Below are positions 19,727 through 33,067 of a stretch of 64,000 nt of DNA, one piece after another. The stretch spans positions 1-64,000 of the forward strand of contig UYFQ01000290.1 of assembly GCA_900617105.1 (NCBI GenBank). Direction: 5' to 3'. Numbering within the stretch: position 1 is the stretch's first letter; each line of letters begins with the position of its first letter. The DNA is from Hydrurus foetidus (Eukaryota). Under the pieces are notes generated by a model. The model was not told the origin of the DNA and searched no databases. It saw only the letters and a program-made list of their open reading frames with translations. The position numbers and the translations under genes are program-made.

Positions 19727-20066
19727 TGTTGGAGATATCCGAGTTTATGGCACGAACACAATCAGTGTACTTATGCATTCGTACGGTCGTACGGATTATT
19801 ATGTGTGTGTGTGTGTGTGTGCGTACGTGCGTGGCGACGATGGATGGATCCGTGCATCGCCACTGAATACTTCAACTGTAGTGTTTGACTGAATGTTGTT
19901 GTTGCGTTGAAAGGGACTCGGGGACTTCAGCAGGGATGAAGCACAGTCAATTAACAAGTGATTACTGATTAAACCCAAGCTTATTTCACGAGCCCTGACC
20001 GAGAGATCTTCAACAGCTGTACCGCGAGAGGCAGTACGTGACTGCGAAACCGAAGATCCGTCAACA
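19727..20066 (+). repeat. 3' LTR of copia 2
   Basis: Direct repeat of 14444-14783. Confidence 0.96.
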
Positions 20067-20209
20067 GTGTGACCGTTGGTGTGTGACTTCATTGGAGAGA
20101 CGTCCTTTGTCAAGTTTTTAAATTGCATTCTATGGGGAAACGCTGCCAAAATTAGCGCTTTCTGGTGTGAAGCCCGAAACTATTTCATCTGGATTAGTTT
20201 GCCCTTACT

Positions 20210-21079
20210 ATGTGTGATGATGATGATGACAATGAAGCCTGTCTGGGCTCCATAGGCTTCATGTTCGATGCGCAGCATGTCCGATTCACAAAAAAGATCT
20301 CCATAGGAGACCTCATACCGTTACAGCTTAAGATGATAGGCGAAGATCCCGGTACTCACGAATGTATCTCAATCCTTGACAAAAATGTTGCAATATCCGA
20401 CAAAGTAGCGCAATATTTATCTTAGATCGTCGAACAAACTCTATCAGGACATGTGCAATCTGGGCAGTACCTGTGGCCAGCAGCGACATCAATGGGTCAC
20501 TATCTGCTGGATAATTGGGCGACTTTGAAATCATCCTCAATATTGGAATTGGGCGCAGGAGTTGGGCTAGCAGGCATTTTAGCCTCAAAACTCGAAGGCG
20601 CTGAGAGAGTTGTCCTCACTGATTATGACCATGGGTCGATAAAGCTTCTCGAGGAAAATGTGGAGCTCAACTCAACTGCAAACAGCACGTGTAAAATTTC
20701 TATTGAATTTCTGGAGTGGGGAAAAACACTTGTTTCTTATGGGAACGGCTGCATGTCCTGTGTCGGCTGCCTCAAAAGTAAAAGCAGCGATGAAATGAAA
20801 GGTGTCAAATATGAAACTTTCTCGCTTCTTATCGGGACTGATCTACTCTACTGTATTGAGATTGTAGAGCCACTTTTCTCATCCGTAAAATCACTGCTGT
20901 CCGGAGCCAAGTCTAGTCGGTTTATTTTGGTGAGTAGCTTTAATCCTGGGGAAGACATAGAATTGGCTATAATTGTATTTTGCGACGAAATTGGCCTGCT
21001 GATGGAGGAGCTGGTGAAATTAGAAGAAGATGGAAAGATTTGTAGAGTGCAGTATTTTATGCATAAGGACGAGTCCTGA
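20210..21079 (+). CDS. Protein-lysine/histidine methyltransferase, METTL21/23-like (Methyltransf_16), 2 exons with an intron at ~20352-20447
   Basis: SGQYLWPAA, ILELGAGVGLAG, VLTDY, LEWG and GTDLLY motifs. A GT..AG intron joins GEDPG to HVQSG in frame. Confidence 0.88.
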
Positions 21080-21420
21080 TTCTTTTTGCTTATTTAAACC
21101 AAAATTACCATCATTTTTTTTATCAAACTGACAACTGGCAACAGCAACTTTATGCAAACGTCGAAGTTTATAGAGCAGACGTCGTTCCAGATGGTTCTTT
21201 CAGTCGGCATGCCCCAACAAGTTTTTATCACTTCGACGAAATGATTTTGGGACATTCAAATCTGTTTCCGATCTGAGGAATTCAGAATCCTGGCATGACA
21301 TCATGGTAGGATTTGCGGTGATACAGCCATAAATGTTTCAGATGAAATGCCGGTTTGGTTCACAATTTTGAATCAGCACGGAACCAGTTGTATCAAACCC
21401 GATGCGAAAGCACAACATCA

Positions 21421-21738
21421 TCAGTCATTCCATTGCTTGGCACATCTACAGCATCTATAGAAATTCGTAGAAGGCTCATCAGCAGATCTGATCTGAATTT
21501 GCATGAAGAAAGCCATGTCATTGCTGCAGTATGGGCATTTCGCAGATGTCCTGTCGACGTTCTCCCAGGCATCGGATCCACCTAAAACATCGTCTACTTG
21601 CTTACGCTTAATCTTCGCATTGCTTGAATACTTTTCCTTGATATCATGGCGGTATGGACAAGTTGGACAACAAAATCTCATTCCAACATTGCCCTCCTCA
21701 ATGAGTAGTAGATTTCCGCATATTGGGCAGAAATGCAT
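21421..21738 (-). CDS. RPC11: DNA-directed RNA polymerase III subunit C11 (RPC10/RPC11)
   Basis: MHFCPICGNLL N-terminal zinc ribbon; VDDVLGGSDAWENVD; QIRSADEP TFIIS-like C-terminal ribbon. Confidence 0.95.
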   Translation of the reverse strand: MHFCPICGNLLLIEEGNVGMRFCCPTCPYRHDIKEKYSSNAKIKRKQVDDVLGGSDAWENVDRTSAKCPYCSNDMAFFMQIQIRSADEPSTNFYRCCRCAKQWND

Positions 21739-22884
21739 GGCAGTCGGCTTTTTGAACCACTGCTTTTCTTGTGTCCACAGATTTTTCTTATTTCGTTGCT
21801 CGCTTTCCGCAAATTTTGATGACCCTCCGATGGCTTTCAAAAATGTTTATAGTCCCACAATATAGAGCCGATCCTGGTCATGCAAAGTGCTTGAAGTACA
21901 CGATGTGCCTTTCGTCTGTGAGCCTCACCGCCAGTCATACGAGATGCGCGAGAGGAGAGAAAGTCGAGTCTTTTAGGCCATTCCTTATGACGCGTACATA
22001 ATACGTTTTTTTCACAAAAAACTGTATTAGTTCATCCTTATGACGCATTCTTCGTATAAAAACCCGTCGTATCCAGTTCCCAAAAAACGGTACCTTAAAA
22101 CGCCTCCGGAATGACTTCCCACCCTTCCTGTCTGTTGGATAGTTTATTCTGTCGCTTTGAAGCATCCTGCCCCATGTTGACGCAATTTAATTCGGACGAC
22201 CTTCCCAATTCCTTTGCTTACGTTCTTTAATCTCCTCAATAACTTTTATTTCCGCCATTCTTTTTTCACTTCTTTTCTTGGCATTCTTCTGCATCGTACT
22301 GATCATAGAGTGTCAAAGGTTCACTTGAACTAGAGCGCCGTATACTATCTTTTTTGAATTTAAATTATGAGAACTGGTCGCACTTGACTCCTAATATATT
22401 CGTCAACTTCTTATAAAACTGTACTGGACAGAAGACCACATGCAAATCGTTTTTCAACGATGCAGTGTTCAAATAAAACGACAAACTGTGCGTTGTATCG
22501 GTTGCATCATAAGTCATAATGGCCAATCGATAAAAAAATTGAAAATACAAAAGGTGCATACAAGGAATTAAAAAACTGTATCTGTACGGGGGAACGTCAT
22601 GAAATCTGGCCTTACTATGCGCTGTACAGCTTGTTATTAGTTATAGTTGCGTTGTGACGATTTTTATTCGAAAATTTGGTCTTAGGTCAAAATGCAAAAT
22701 ACAGAATACCGAAGTCAGGAAGACAAGAAGGGATTTTTTTAACTGATTCTGATTGAAATTCTGAATTAACTGAAATTCTTATTCTGATTGAATAAATGGT
22801 TTCATTGAAATTCAAAGACATATAAACAACGCTCAAAACAGAAAAAGCTCTCCCGAGACGAAAATGAAGCTGCAGAAATTGTTT

Positions 22885-25800
22885 TCACCATCTAAATGAG
22901 CTACTTGGCACGGCATCAACTGGGTGATTGAAGTCATACACCCATAGACCGTTCGCGTCATAATGGCCCCTATTCCCCACACCCTGTGAATGTTGCTCTA
23001 ACTCTAACGCACCATAGGGATCTTGGGTGCTGCAAATTCCAGAGGGATCGAAGTTTTCTGTGGTCTGAAAATATGAGGTACTTGGACTTTCTGAATCCTG
23101 TGGACTGATGTTCGCATTAAAATCTTTCGGGGGAGTATAGGTGGCTTCAAATGTCTGTCGATTGAAATAAAATGACCTGGACCCTGTACTAGATTCCGTC
23201 CCCGCCCCGGATCCCGGACCGTATGATTCCCACGCCCCACACACAGAGGTGGGTTCTCGTGTAGGGGAAATACGCAGCATCCATCCATGTATTTCATCCT
23301 GAACTATATCACTAGGCCATTTGCACGGATATGCCGTGTCACGACACCCGACACCATCACCATCATTGCCATCGACACCATCAGAATCGCCGAAATCCAA
23401 TCGTTTTCCGTAATAATCGAATAACGCCCGAAATTCGTGATTTTTCCTCCTCCCCCCATAATGAACTTGATCCCAACACGCACTACAAAAAAACTCACTG
23501 CACGACGAACACTCTACAATTGCTTCACACGTACAGCAATTGTCGCATATAGGCTTAGGAACAAGATCTAATAAATCCTGAGGCATTTTCCATCTAACTT
23601 CACCTGTTATTTTATTGTAAAAGAATCTTTTTCTTTTTTCTCCATCAAATAATTCCTTCCATATTCCTTTTCTTTCGAGCACTTTTTTGTCGAATAAAGT
23701 CCTTCCCACACACCCTCTGTAGAATGCTTGTATTTTAGATACAGCCCATAGCTCAATTCTGACCCTGTCTCTTATTTTCTCCACAACAGCTTCTCGAAGT
23801 TGATTCATTTCTGCTCTTGCAATGCGAGACCTGTAAATATTAATCCATAATATATTATATTACATTATACTACATTATACTCGTATTCATGGAGATGGAG
23901 ATGGAGATGCATTTGGTTGTGTTAGGTACTGGATTGTGCATCTACTGATTCTACGCTTGAATCGGTGTTTAATCATCTTTAGAATTATTTTCTCACTTTT
24001 CGAGTTGTGAGAGAACCAAATTCTTAGATTTTGGCTTAAAATAAACAGAACTCAGACGTGTCAGGCGCGGTCAGATATTAGCTAGTTAGTTTTCAATGGC
24101 ATTTTGATCAGTACCGAATAATGTTAAATCTAGTTTAATAGATGTTAAATAGTATTCAATCGATATCAAATAATGTTTAATCAGTGGTAAACACTGAGAC
24201 TCTCTCATGCTACTTACGAATGTCCTTGATCGTGCGTGATGGAGCTGACTAGTAATTATCACATTGTGTACCTTTGGTGTTTCTGGATAACGGTAGCAGC
24301 AATGCAGTACAGAAGACGGTCGGATTCTTTTTTTTTCAGCAAATATTGCACGGTCAAACGTGATCTTTTCATTCTCCACGCATACTGCAATATATTTGCT
24401 GATTTTTCTTGCAGAATGTATTCAAGGCCCATGTGTGACTCTGTGTGTGTTGATGAAAAAAGATACTGATGTGAATAATAGATTATCAGACATATTGGAA
24501 TTAATACGGCACAAAATAAGATAAGATAAGATAAGATAAGATAAGATAAGATAAGATAAGATAAGATAAGATAAGATAAGATAAGATAAGATAAGATAAG
24601 ATAAGATAAGATAAGATAAGATAAAATAAAATGAGCAAAAAAAAGCAAAAAAATGCAAAATAAAATAAAATAATGTAAGATGTAATAAGATAAAATAAAA
24701 CAAAACGACTTAAAGTAGAAGAAAGTAAGTATGATGATACAAAATGAGATCAGATACAGTACTATGTAGACGATATGAAACGATTGGAAGCCATCATTAC
24801 ACATTACAAGGTATCAAGTAGCAAATAATAAGATTGTAGTGTGTCATACCTTGGACTAACAAGCGAACTAACAGCCCCCTCACAATAGCCTGTATCACGA
24901 CAGCTGCCCCCACTCTCTTTCTTCTGACCGATATAGCGGTGTCGACAGCTGATTGCAGCCAGTGTCTCCTGAGTGCATGTTGAATTATTCGTGCGCTAGA
25001 AAACTCTCTATCATGCTGCTGGGTTATGAGTAGCCGTTTCGCATTGCACAGAACTCTACCGCTGTGTCCTCTATACCACTTCTGAATAATGATACTCTTC
25101 CTGCCATGTATATCACCCCTTGCACGCCACATGTGTTTGATATGGCTTACAGTGGACTTTGCAGCAACCATTCTGGCCATGCACTGAAGACGCACTGCTG
25201 CTCTTTTCCTCCCTGCCCTGTATACCTCTTTTGCAAGCATTAAAATATTCTTTATTCTTTTTGCAAGGAAAACCCTCCATTTACTTTGAATTTTAGTGAC
25301 ACTTCGATTTAATGATGCTTGTAAACGTAACACTCTGAGATCAGCTGTGATGATTTTCGAGTGAATTATCCGGAATAATGATGTTATTATCATCGATGCT
25401 TTGATAACAAGCCTCCACTTCTCACGTGCTGCTAGCAATTTTATTGTAGCGATAAAACGTCTCATCAGGCACTGTATCATAACCGCTGCTTTGGATCTTT
25501 TTATCGTGACTTTTAGTATGGCAGTCTTCTTCACTGCGATGACTCTCCTCATCATCGCTTGAAATGTTACGATACCTAACGAGTAACAGTTTAGGAATCA
25601 TCACATTCACATGATATCCATGATGACGTAATTGCATATACACGCAAAAAATGAGTGTAGACTCGACATTTTTCATCGATACAAAATATGGTTTAAAATA
25701 TCATGATTGCAGTATTTTCAATCCAGACGAGTAATTTACCTGACTTCATTTTACAATATTTATTCATCATGACTCTATCCTGCACCCTGGATTTCGGCCA

Positions 25801-28006
25801 AAATCCGAAGAAATTGTCGTTGTGTACAATATCGGAATTCGGAAAAGAATCCAGAGTCCCTACTAAAACAGTTTTTCTGATTGAAGTTCCCCTGAGGGAT
25901 AAATGCTGGATATTTTTATTTCCACTTGCTAACCACTGCAGTGTCGCGTCAGAGAGTAGGACGTTATTCACGAGGGAGAGGTAGCGTAGGTTAGGCACAG
26001 AATCGCTTCTAGAGAGTGGGAGCAGCATGTCGTTAGTGAGTGCTGTGCAGCCAGATAGATCTAAGTGATCTAAATGCACTAGCGTTGCTATGGCTGATAT
26101 CGCTGTGCCTTTCACATTGTCACATCTACCTACATGGTAATGACGGGCAGTTTGTGAGTATGTGACTGCAGGTACTGGTCGGTATGTTGATGATGAATAG
26201 CAAAGGATATTCGCGAAATAAGTAATCCTAATACGACAGCAATAATCAGAATCATAAAGCGTGCCTCCCGTTCCACTATCAGATATTTTAAATCATGTCG
26301 AGTATTGAATGAGATACGAGCAATTGGAGTGTTAGGAAAATTCTTTTCTCACTCCTGGATTCAAATGTAAAGACAGCTCACTGACCTACGTTTAAATATC
26401 GGATCAAGGGGCAACAACTAGTAAGCTCCTTTATGGCACCTCCACTAACACCTTTTCTGCAGTCCGATAAATTCAACTCTGTTAGACATGGACAACCTTT
26501 TGCTAGTCCAATGATGGAAGAAGGGGATAGAGGACAATTGGAGAGAAATAGCGATTTCAGTTTTTTCAAACATGACAAATATTTTTGCACTGCAATATCA
26601 AGTCTAAAACACCCCGATAAATCGAGATATTCAATATCGTGACAGTGCTTGGATAACGCTGCTAAGCCAATCGCACTCCCGCTACTGGCTGTGTCTAAGT
26701 GTGCGTTCATTGTCGGAATTAAAAGTCTTGGATCCGCTAACTGATATAATCCAGTACACACCAATTTTTTCAATTTCGTGCATCCATTAGACAAGGAGGC
26801 TATTCCGATATCGGATATCGTTTTTACGTGGGAGATATTGAGTGATGTCAGTATTCTGCATGATGTTCCTAAGACGCGTAGCCCAGCATCGGTTATCTGT
26901 TATGACAAAGAAGATGTGCAAAGCAGATGCGAATGAATTCAGTGCAATGCATTAAAATTCACAACTGGAATTAAATTATTTCAGTTTCAGTTCCATTTTC
27001 ATGATTTTTTTAAAATTCTATAGTACAACAGAGTATGATGAGAAGGCAAAGAGATAACCAGAAGATCAGTCACCTGATTGCATCCACTTAAGTCAAGGTC
27101 TTCGAGAAATTTACAACCCTCTGTCAACCAAGTCAATCCCACATCAGTAATTTTAACACATCCAGAAACGTTCAAAACTCTCAACGTTTTCAAACGCTGC
27201 CCAAGTGCAAGCATACTGGTGTCACTAATACGAAAAGACATTTGTGACCGAGATATGTCTAAATAATCTAGATCAAGACAATTCTGTGATATAGCCAGTA
27301 TTGCTTGATCAGAAATATACGGTGTTTCTTTCGCTGCTAGATGGAAGAGATTAGGACAGTTCTGAGCGAGTACTCGCACCTCCTCGTCCCCTATTTCTTT
27401 TAAATAAGAAATATCGACCTCCTCAAGTTTCTTGCATTCGTAGAATATTTTTGATAGTCCCCATTTTTGAAGCGATCTACATTTTGATACATTCAATTTT
27501 TTAAGTGACTTGCAAAATTCTGCAATAGCAACGAGACCACCACTTTCGATAGTGTGACAAGATGACAAGTTGAGACTCTGCAATGATGAGCAATTCATCC
27601 CAACTTCTCGCAGTGCTGTGTCGCCAATATTGAAGCATCCGCTAAGATCTAAATCTCTCAGTGCTCCACTCCTCCTAACAACTCGTATCAGACCAATATT
27701 TGTGACATCTTTGGCATTTGAGATGTTCAGGAACAGAATTCCTTTAGGAAATGAGACCATCTCTGAGAATCTTTCGAACATTTCCGGAACATTCTGCGTC
27801 GAGGTGTTGACGAAGGGGAATCGGTGAACTGTGGATTGCTCGCTTAGGGCACGCATGTCTTCATCGTTCAAAACGAGTGACCAACTGTGGAGATCAATTC
27901 GCTCTCCGCGACACAACTCAATTGGTAGATGCTGGAACTGCCCGATAGACCTGGTGAATATTACATCCTGTGCCCTCCTCGATAATTTTGCATCATTTCT
28001 CACCAT
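22885..28006 (-). CDS. Multi-exon protein: Cys-containing LRRs (FBXL/AMN1-type), IQ motifs, WW, B-box, second WW-like domain
   Basis: LDLSGC repeats in 26999-28006, 26378-26898 and 25740-26130. IQxxxR motifs in 24845-25560 and 23700-23750. WKELFD..FFYNKITGEVRWKMP WW domain, CDNC..CSSC..CSACWDQVH B-box. All on one strand and linked by GT-AG introns; fusion into one gene is inferred. Confidence 0.75.
24516..24625. repeat. (ATAAG)n microsatellite, intronic
   Basis: About 21 perfect copies of ATAAG. Confidence 0.97.
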
Positions 28007-28955
28007 AGCTGAGACAGAGGCTAGAAACTGTCCGCGACTGGGAGAGCTATCTAATCAATGATAAGGCACGCGCTAGGATTATCCCCTCGGTTTCCAATGT
28101 AGACACTGCTACGGCAACAATTTCCTCTCAAATGACCAAATCAAGAATATCAACAAAGCTTGGACACAATTTAAAAGTTGGTCAGATGGTAACTGCAAAA
28201 TAATCAAAATTTTCCTGCTCGATGCATACACCAGGAAGCGCTCATATCTCTGAGGAAACCATTTTAGACATCAGGAACCCGTCCTCCGATTCCCGCCTTC
28301 TCCTTGGTACTTGGTATCATCTCATTTCTTCGAAGACAACCCAAAGCAAGAGAACTGAAGAATGAGTTGACAGAGGGTGCACGGTGCACGTATGTACGGC
28401 ACGGTAAATGTACGAAAGCAGTGAACGGTACCGTACGGAAACTCTCGTACGATCAATTCATCATCTGTGCTGGAGGCGAGAGGAGAACTTATGATAGACT
28501 AGTTACTTTGTCCCATCATCTCCCCCACTCTATGCAATACTCATCTGGTGTTACAATGAGAACGCGCCACCGCATTTGTCACTTTCCTCGATGAATTGCT
28601 GATATCTGTTACCAATGGATCATTATTCATCGTTCAATATTCTGTTGGATGACTTACAAGTGGGAGACGTCAGACGATGACTTCCTATACCCACCGTAGC
28701 AAATGCATCACCCTTACTGAGGAACAGAAGAAGCACTTACATACTAAGTAACAGACTGAGTTTTCACGTCTGAGTTTTCATAGAAATCAGAAAATTTAAA
28801 AGTAAGTTACGTGTTGAGCAAATCTAAGCTAAGAGTTTGATACGAAAAGTTCATGAAACCCTCGATTTCTATAACTAAAAAACTAAATTTCACACATGTC
28901 ATACAAGTGTAAGTCAAACATTCACATCTAGCGTTGTCATATTCGTCCTTTCTTT

Positions 28956-30875
28956 TCATGTATTGACGACAAAAGCTGAATCAATCATCGAAACATTTGT
29001 AGCAAAATCTAATTTGTTTTTGGCGCAACGCAGACCTTGCACCACTCCACCGAATCCAACTCGACTCATAGAATTCCCCAATCTCAAATCTGCAACACCA
29101 TTTCCTTTGTATTTTAGTAGGACATTACTGTTTTTCGATGATACCGTATAATAATTTGCACATTTAAATAGTTCTACTCTAGCGCATGGAGTGATGATTT
29201 TTGCCGATGCCAATAGGGTTGTATCGAAATTAATTCGAGAAGTATTTTCCGGAATTGCGTTGGGATTTGAGTGCAATATGATGATTTCAAGAATGTTTCG
29301 TACGTCATCGATTACTTCATGTTCATTGAAAAAAGCGTGAAGAGACCCGCCAGGAGGAACTACAAAATACAAAATACAAAATAGAAAATGAAATTTAAAA
29401 AAAGAATGGGGGTGAGGATTGTAGGGTGGAAAATGGAGAATAATCATCGACGGTAAGATAGTAAATAATGAGGATGGTTAGGTAGAAAAATAACAGCGGT
29501 AGGTGAGGTAGTTAGTATCAGTGTTATATGCTGAAGGTTGTTGTAGTGTGTATGTCACTGCATGGATGTGTGTGTGTCAGTGCCCAGGTCAACGAGATGA
29601 GCAGCTGCACGGATATGTAATTAGAGGACACGCTTCACAACAGAGAAGAGTAAGTGCTTATATAAATATCAGCATGAGTATCAAAATCATTATCTAACCT
29701 GCAAGATAAGAAGGCCTTGGAATCTCGAACATTTGTTGTCCACCTTTCCTGAGCACTTTTACACAGCAGAATTCTTTGCTTTTATTCACAATTTCAAAAT
29801 ACCCTCTACTCGGAATAGCCTTGCCGGTGAGAACAGGATTCCCATCTTCTCCAAAAGCGCTGCCACGTGTCAGATAAACAGATTCCGCAGGGGGTGTTTC
29901 AGTGAATACGACACCAACATTCTCTCCCATTCGCACAGCAACAAGCATAGATAGTCTTTCTAGAGCATTTGCTGTGGATGCTTCTTCTTCAGCTTGCATT
30001 TTTTTCTTCTCTTTTTCAAGGCGTGATTCTCTTCTTTGCTTAGGAGGAGCTGCTTCAAGAAGAGCTCTCACGGCGTTACGTAATCTTTCACCAGGTACTT
30101 CGCCGCGCTTGCATCCTGTGAAATCAGACATAAGGGTCAGCAGAGTCAATATCCTTCCGTTTTGCTTGAGTTATATGGAATGCGGCGGTGACTGATAATC
30201 GGTGTTAAACAAATCAGTAAAATACATCCTTGTATCGGCGTAACCCTTAACAGTCTGCAAAATCAGTGTCTAATTGCTGATTTTAATCGAATCATGTCAC
30301 AGTGTCCATACACGCAACTCATTCAAAAAATTGGCTGATAGTTTCTGATTTCGTACCATCGCAAATTCTCATAGTGGCGATGCTCGTTTCCTCCCCATTC
30401 GGGTTATCTGACTGTGATTTTTTTTCTGCATTCTTTTTCTGATTGCCAGCGAAAATAACTCCTACAGAGTCGACGGGGAGCACACAACAGGAATCGCAGA
30501 ACACCCCAGCGCAGATTCTATAAGTGCATTTAGAGTTGAATCAGTCGCGCGAGAATCCAGTTGTTCCGACTGTCAGACGTTGCACTATCCCATCTCCAAC
30601 CAAAAGTATGACTGGTTGCTGTACCTGCAGTGATGCTTTCTCTTCAAGAGAGGGAGCTGAAACTTAGCGCCACATCCCCTGCAATATTCAACGTTTTCTG
30701 AGGGTTCCCAAAGAGCACCGTAACTTTCACTTAAGCCCTAAAGAGTCAAAATCAATTTCTGGTGGTTACTCTCATATTTCTCGTGAATCACGCCTCAAAT
30801 GCCAATCGTCGGCGGATGCAACGACACTCTCACCATTCTATCTCCTATTTCTTGGCTCACTTTCTCCTTAAACAT
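28956..30875 (-). CDS. FYVE zinc-finger domain protein, multi-exon
   Basis: Exon near 30625-30737 reads LWEPSENVEYCRGCGAKFQLPLLKRKHHCR, followed by ICAGVFCDSCC and MRICDGCKRGE across GT-AG introns. Start position is tentative. Confidence 0.8.
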
Positions 30876-31424
30876 GGATACGCTTTTCAGCAGAGTCCCG
30901 AACATTTTTTCGATAGAAATAAGGTATCAAAAAGGGACCAGCCGCGCAACTTGTTTTCTTGCTCGTAATTTGTTACTCTATCGAGATCCAGCGACGTCCA
31001 GGTCAAACTGTAGTCTCTTGAAATTTAAAACTATAGTGTGCAATGACATTTGCCAGGAACACTCTTCACGCTTTCGCCTTCTTGTACGTACGGTGTGTCT
31101 TGCAAACGTGCATACCAAAATTTGACGGTTTTGATTTTTTAGCAGACGAACAGAACCCAGAACACGACTCTATGTATGGCACGAAATCTGCGCAGACTTT
31201 CACCAGCAAGCGCAAGAGTTCCGCGACTTCCATTACATAGCTGATTCGCGAAGTTTGTGAGTTGCTAGTGGTAAATTTTATATAAAAATATCATCGCTAA
31301 GAAATAATCGTATGTACAAATTTAGTTTTTGTGCTGTTCTATCGGAGTGGCGCTTTATAAGCAAAATAATATTCCACAACGATATCGATCATGCTATTGA
31401 ATTTCGAAGTTAGAGAACAGTTGA

Positions 31425-32871
31425 TCAGTGAGGGGACTGTTTCTTCGCTTTGAGGATGTGATGAAGGAGAATGCCGCCTGTCACAGAGACATTCAGAGAG
31501 TCGACTTGACTATCACCATCTCCTCCTGTCATGCCTGCAATCTTGACAAGATGAGTACATCTCCTGAGAATATTCGTTCTAACGCCATGGCCCTCATTGC
31601 CAAGCACCAGTATGGTCGGAGCTGTGAGTGGCAGTGCATCAAGATCCATCGCTGTGTCTCCTAACGATGTTCCGATAACCTGGAATATCATCAAGAACGA
31701 TTACTTTTATTAGCGGGTCTCGTTCGAGTTAGGCATCTATGGTTTGAACAGAGTAGAAGAAATCTGCTCTCTGACACTTGTCAATTTTATGAAAGACTTC
31801 ATGATCATAACGTATAGCGATTTGAATAGTGGACTTTTCAGGTCATGTTGTTAGCCTTGAAGTTATGAACTAGAGGAGTATTAACATATTTAGTTAATAG
31901 TCAGTGGTAGTCACCTGCCAGCCGTTCTCTTGTGATTTATCCAAAAATCTCATCATATTGTCTGTTGAACTGACTTCAATGATTTCAAGCGCTCCAGAAG
32001 ATGCCTTGCTGACTGTCGGACTAAGAGGTGCGGAGTTCTTGGCACACACAACAACTTTATCAACGCCAAGGAAATGAGAAGTGCGCAGCAGAGCTCCGAA
32101 ATTTTGAGGATCCCATACTTCATCCAAGGCAAGGACACATTGAAATTTCTCACTGGCTGGTAATGAATCGAGGCGCGTGAATTGAAGAGGCGCGGCTCTT
32201 AAAATGAACCCTTGATGCGGTCTATTCTCAGACAACATGTTCAAGTCATGTTTAGGGAATTCTCTAACAACAATGTTCTTCTCTTTGGCTATCTTCAAAA
32301 TCTCAAAAGCGGATTTCTCGTCTTTCTTGCTGGATATTTCCATTCCTTCCTGTATTAATAGTTCAGTTATGTTTCTTCTACCGCTAGCTATTGCCATTCG
32401 AATGGGAGATATTCCATACAGGTGATCTCCATCAAAGTATCCGCATGGTGGCTCCCTGCTCTCCTCATTATAGTTGTCGCGAGTTCCTTGATAACTGCCA
32501 CCGCTATTTCCTCTACTGTAGCTGGATCCTGCATCGTCTCGTCTATAGGTTGTGCGTGCAAATGTACCGCCTCCTCTGCCACGTCCTGATGAGTCTCTAC
32601 TATCGCCTCTCCCGTATGCATCGCCCTGTCTTTGAGGACGGGCTACATTCGAGCTGTCGTCGTTGTACGAACCCCCATCAATGTTCCTGCCTGGTGGTCG
32701 TTGAAAGGACGATCTTCCGGAATCTGAACTGCTTCCTGAAGGTCTGTCAGATCCTTCACCCCAAGCACTGAATCTTCTCTTTGATGGCACGTCCGGACTT
32801 GTTGCTGCAGTTCTGAAACCGAATCTCAATGTTCGAGTGGAAAGAAGTTTTACTGGAAGACAGCTCGCCAT
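31425..32871 (-). CDS. MRM1: SpoU/TrmH rRNA 2'-O-methyltransferase, organellar MRM1/RlmB-like, 2 exons
   Basis: LYGISPI, RPHQG, LDEVWDPQNFGALLRT, KASSGALE, LVLGNEGHG and DSLNVSV. Transit-peptide-like and RGG-rich N-terminus. Confidence 0.88.
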
Positions 32872-33067
32872 TTTTGTAACGATAGAAAACGTTTGTATCA
32901 AAACAATGCTTGACAAGGGATTTATCATTTCAAGATGGTTTACAGTCCCCTCTGTGCCTAAATTCCTCGATAGTTGAGGATAGTTGTCGTTATACTCCTG
33001 GTGAAACTTCAAAGGTGGAACATCCAATCGGCAATGGGCAGATGGTTGGAGGGAGGTTGGAGCGGAA

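Larger units (their letters stand above)
14444..20066 (+). mobile_element. Intact Ty1/copia LTR retrotransposon 2 (CoDi-like), 5623 bp, TSD GTGTG
   Basis: 340-bp LTRs at 14444-14783 and 19727-20066 (TGTTG...CAACA), with no differences seen. GTGTG at 14439-14443 and 20067-20071. Single uninterrupted ORF. Confidence 0.97.

Noticed and set aside
21850..22310. Possible small gene between RPC11 and the LRR gene
   Set aside because: There are short K/E/R-rich frames, but I could not build a consistent spliced ORF.
24259..24804. Hydrophobic LILSY-repeat membrane protein ORFs
   Set aside because: These are translations of the intronic (ATAAG)n microsatellite.
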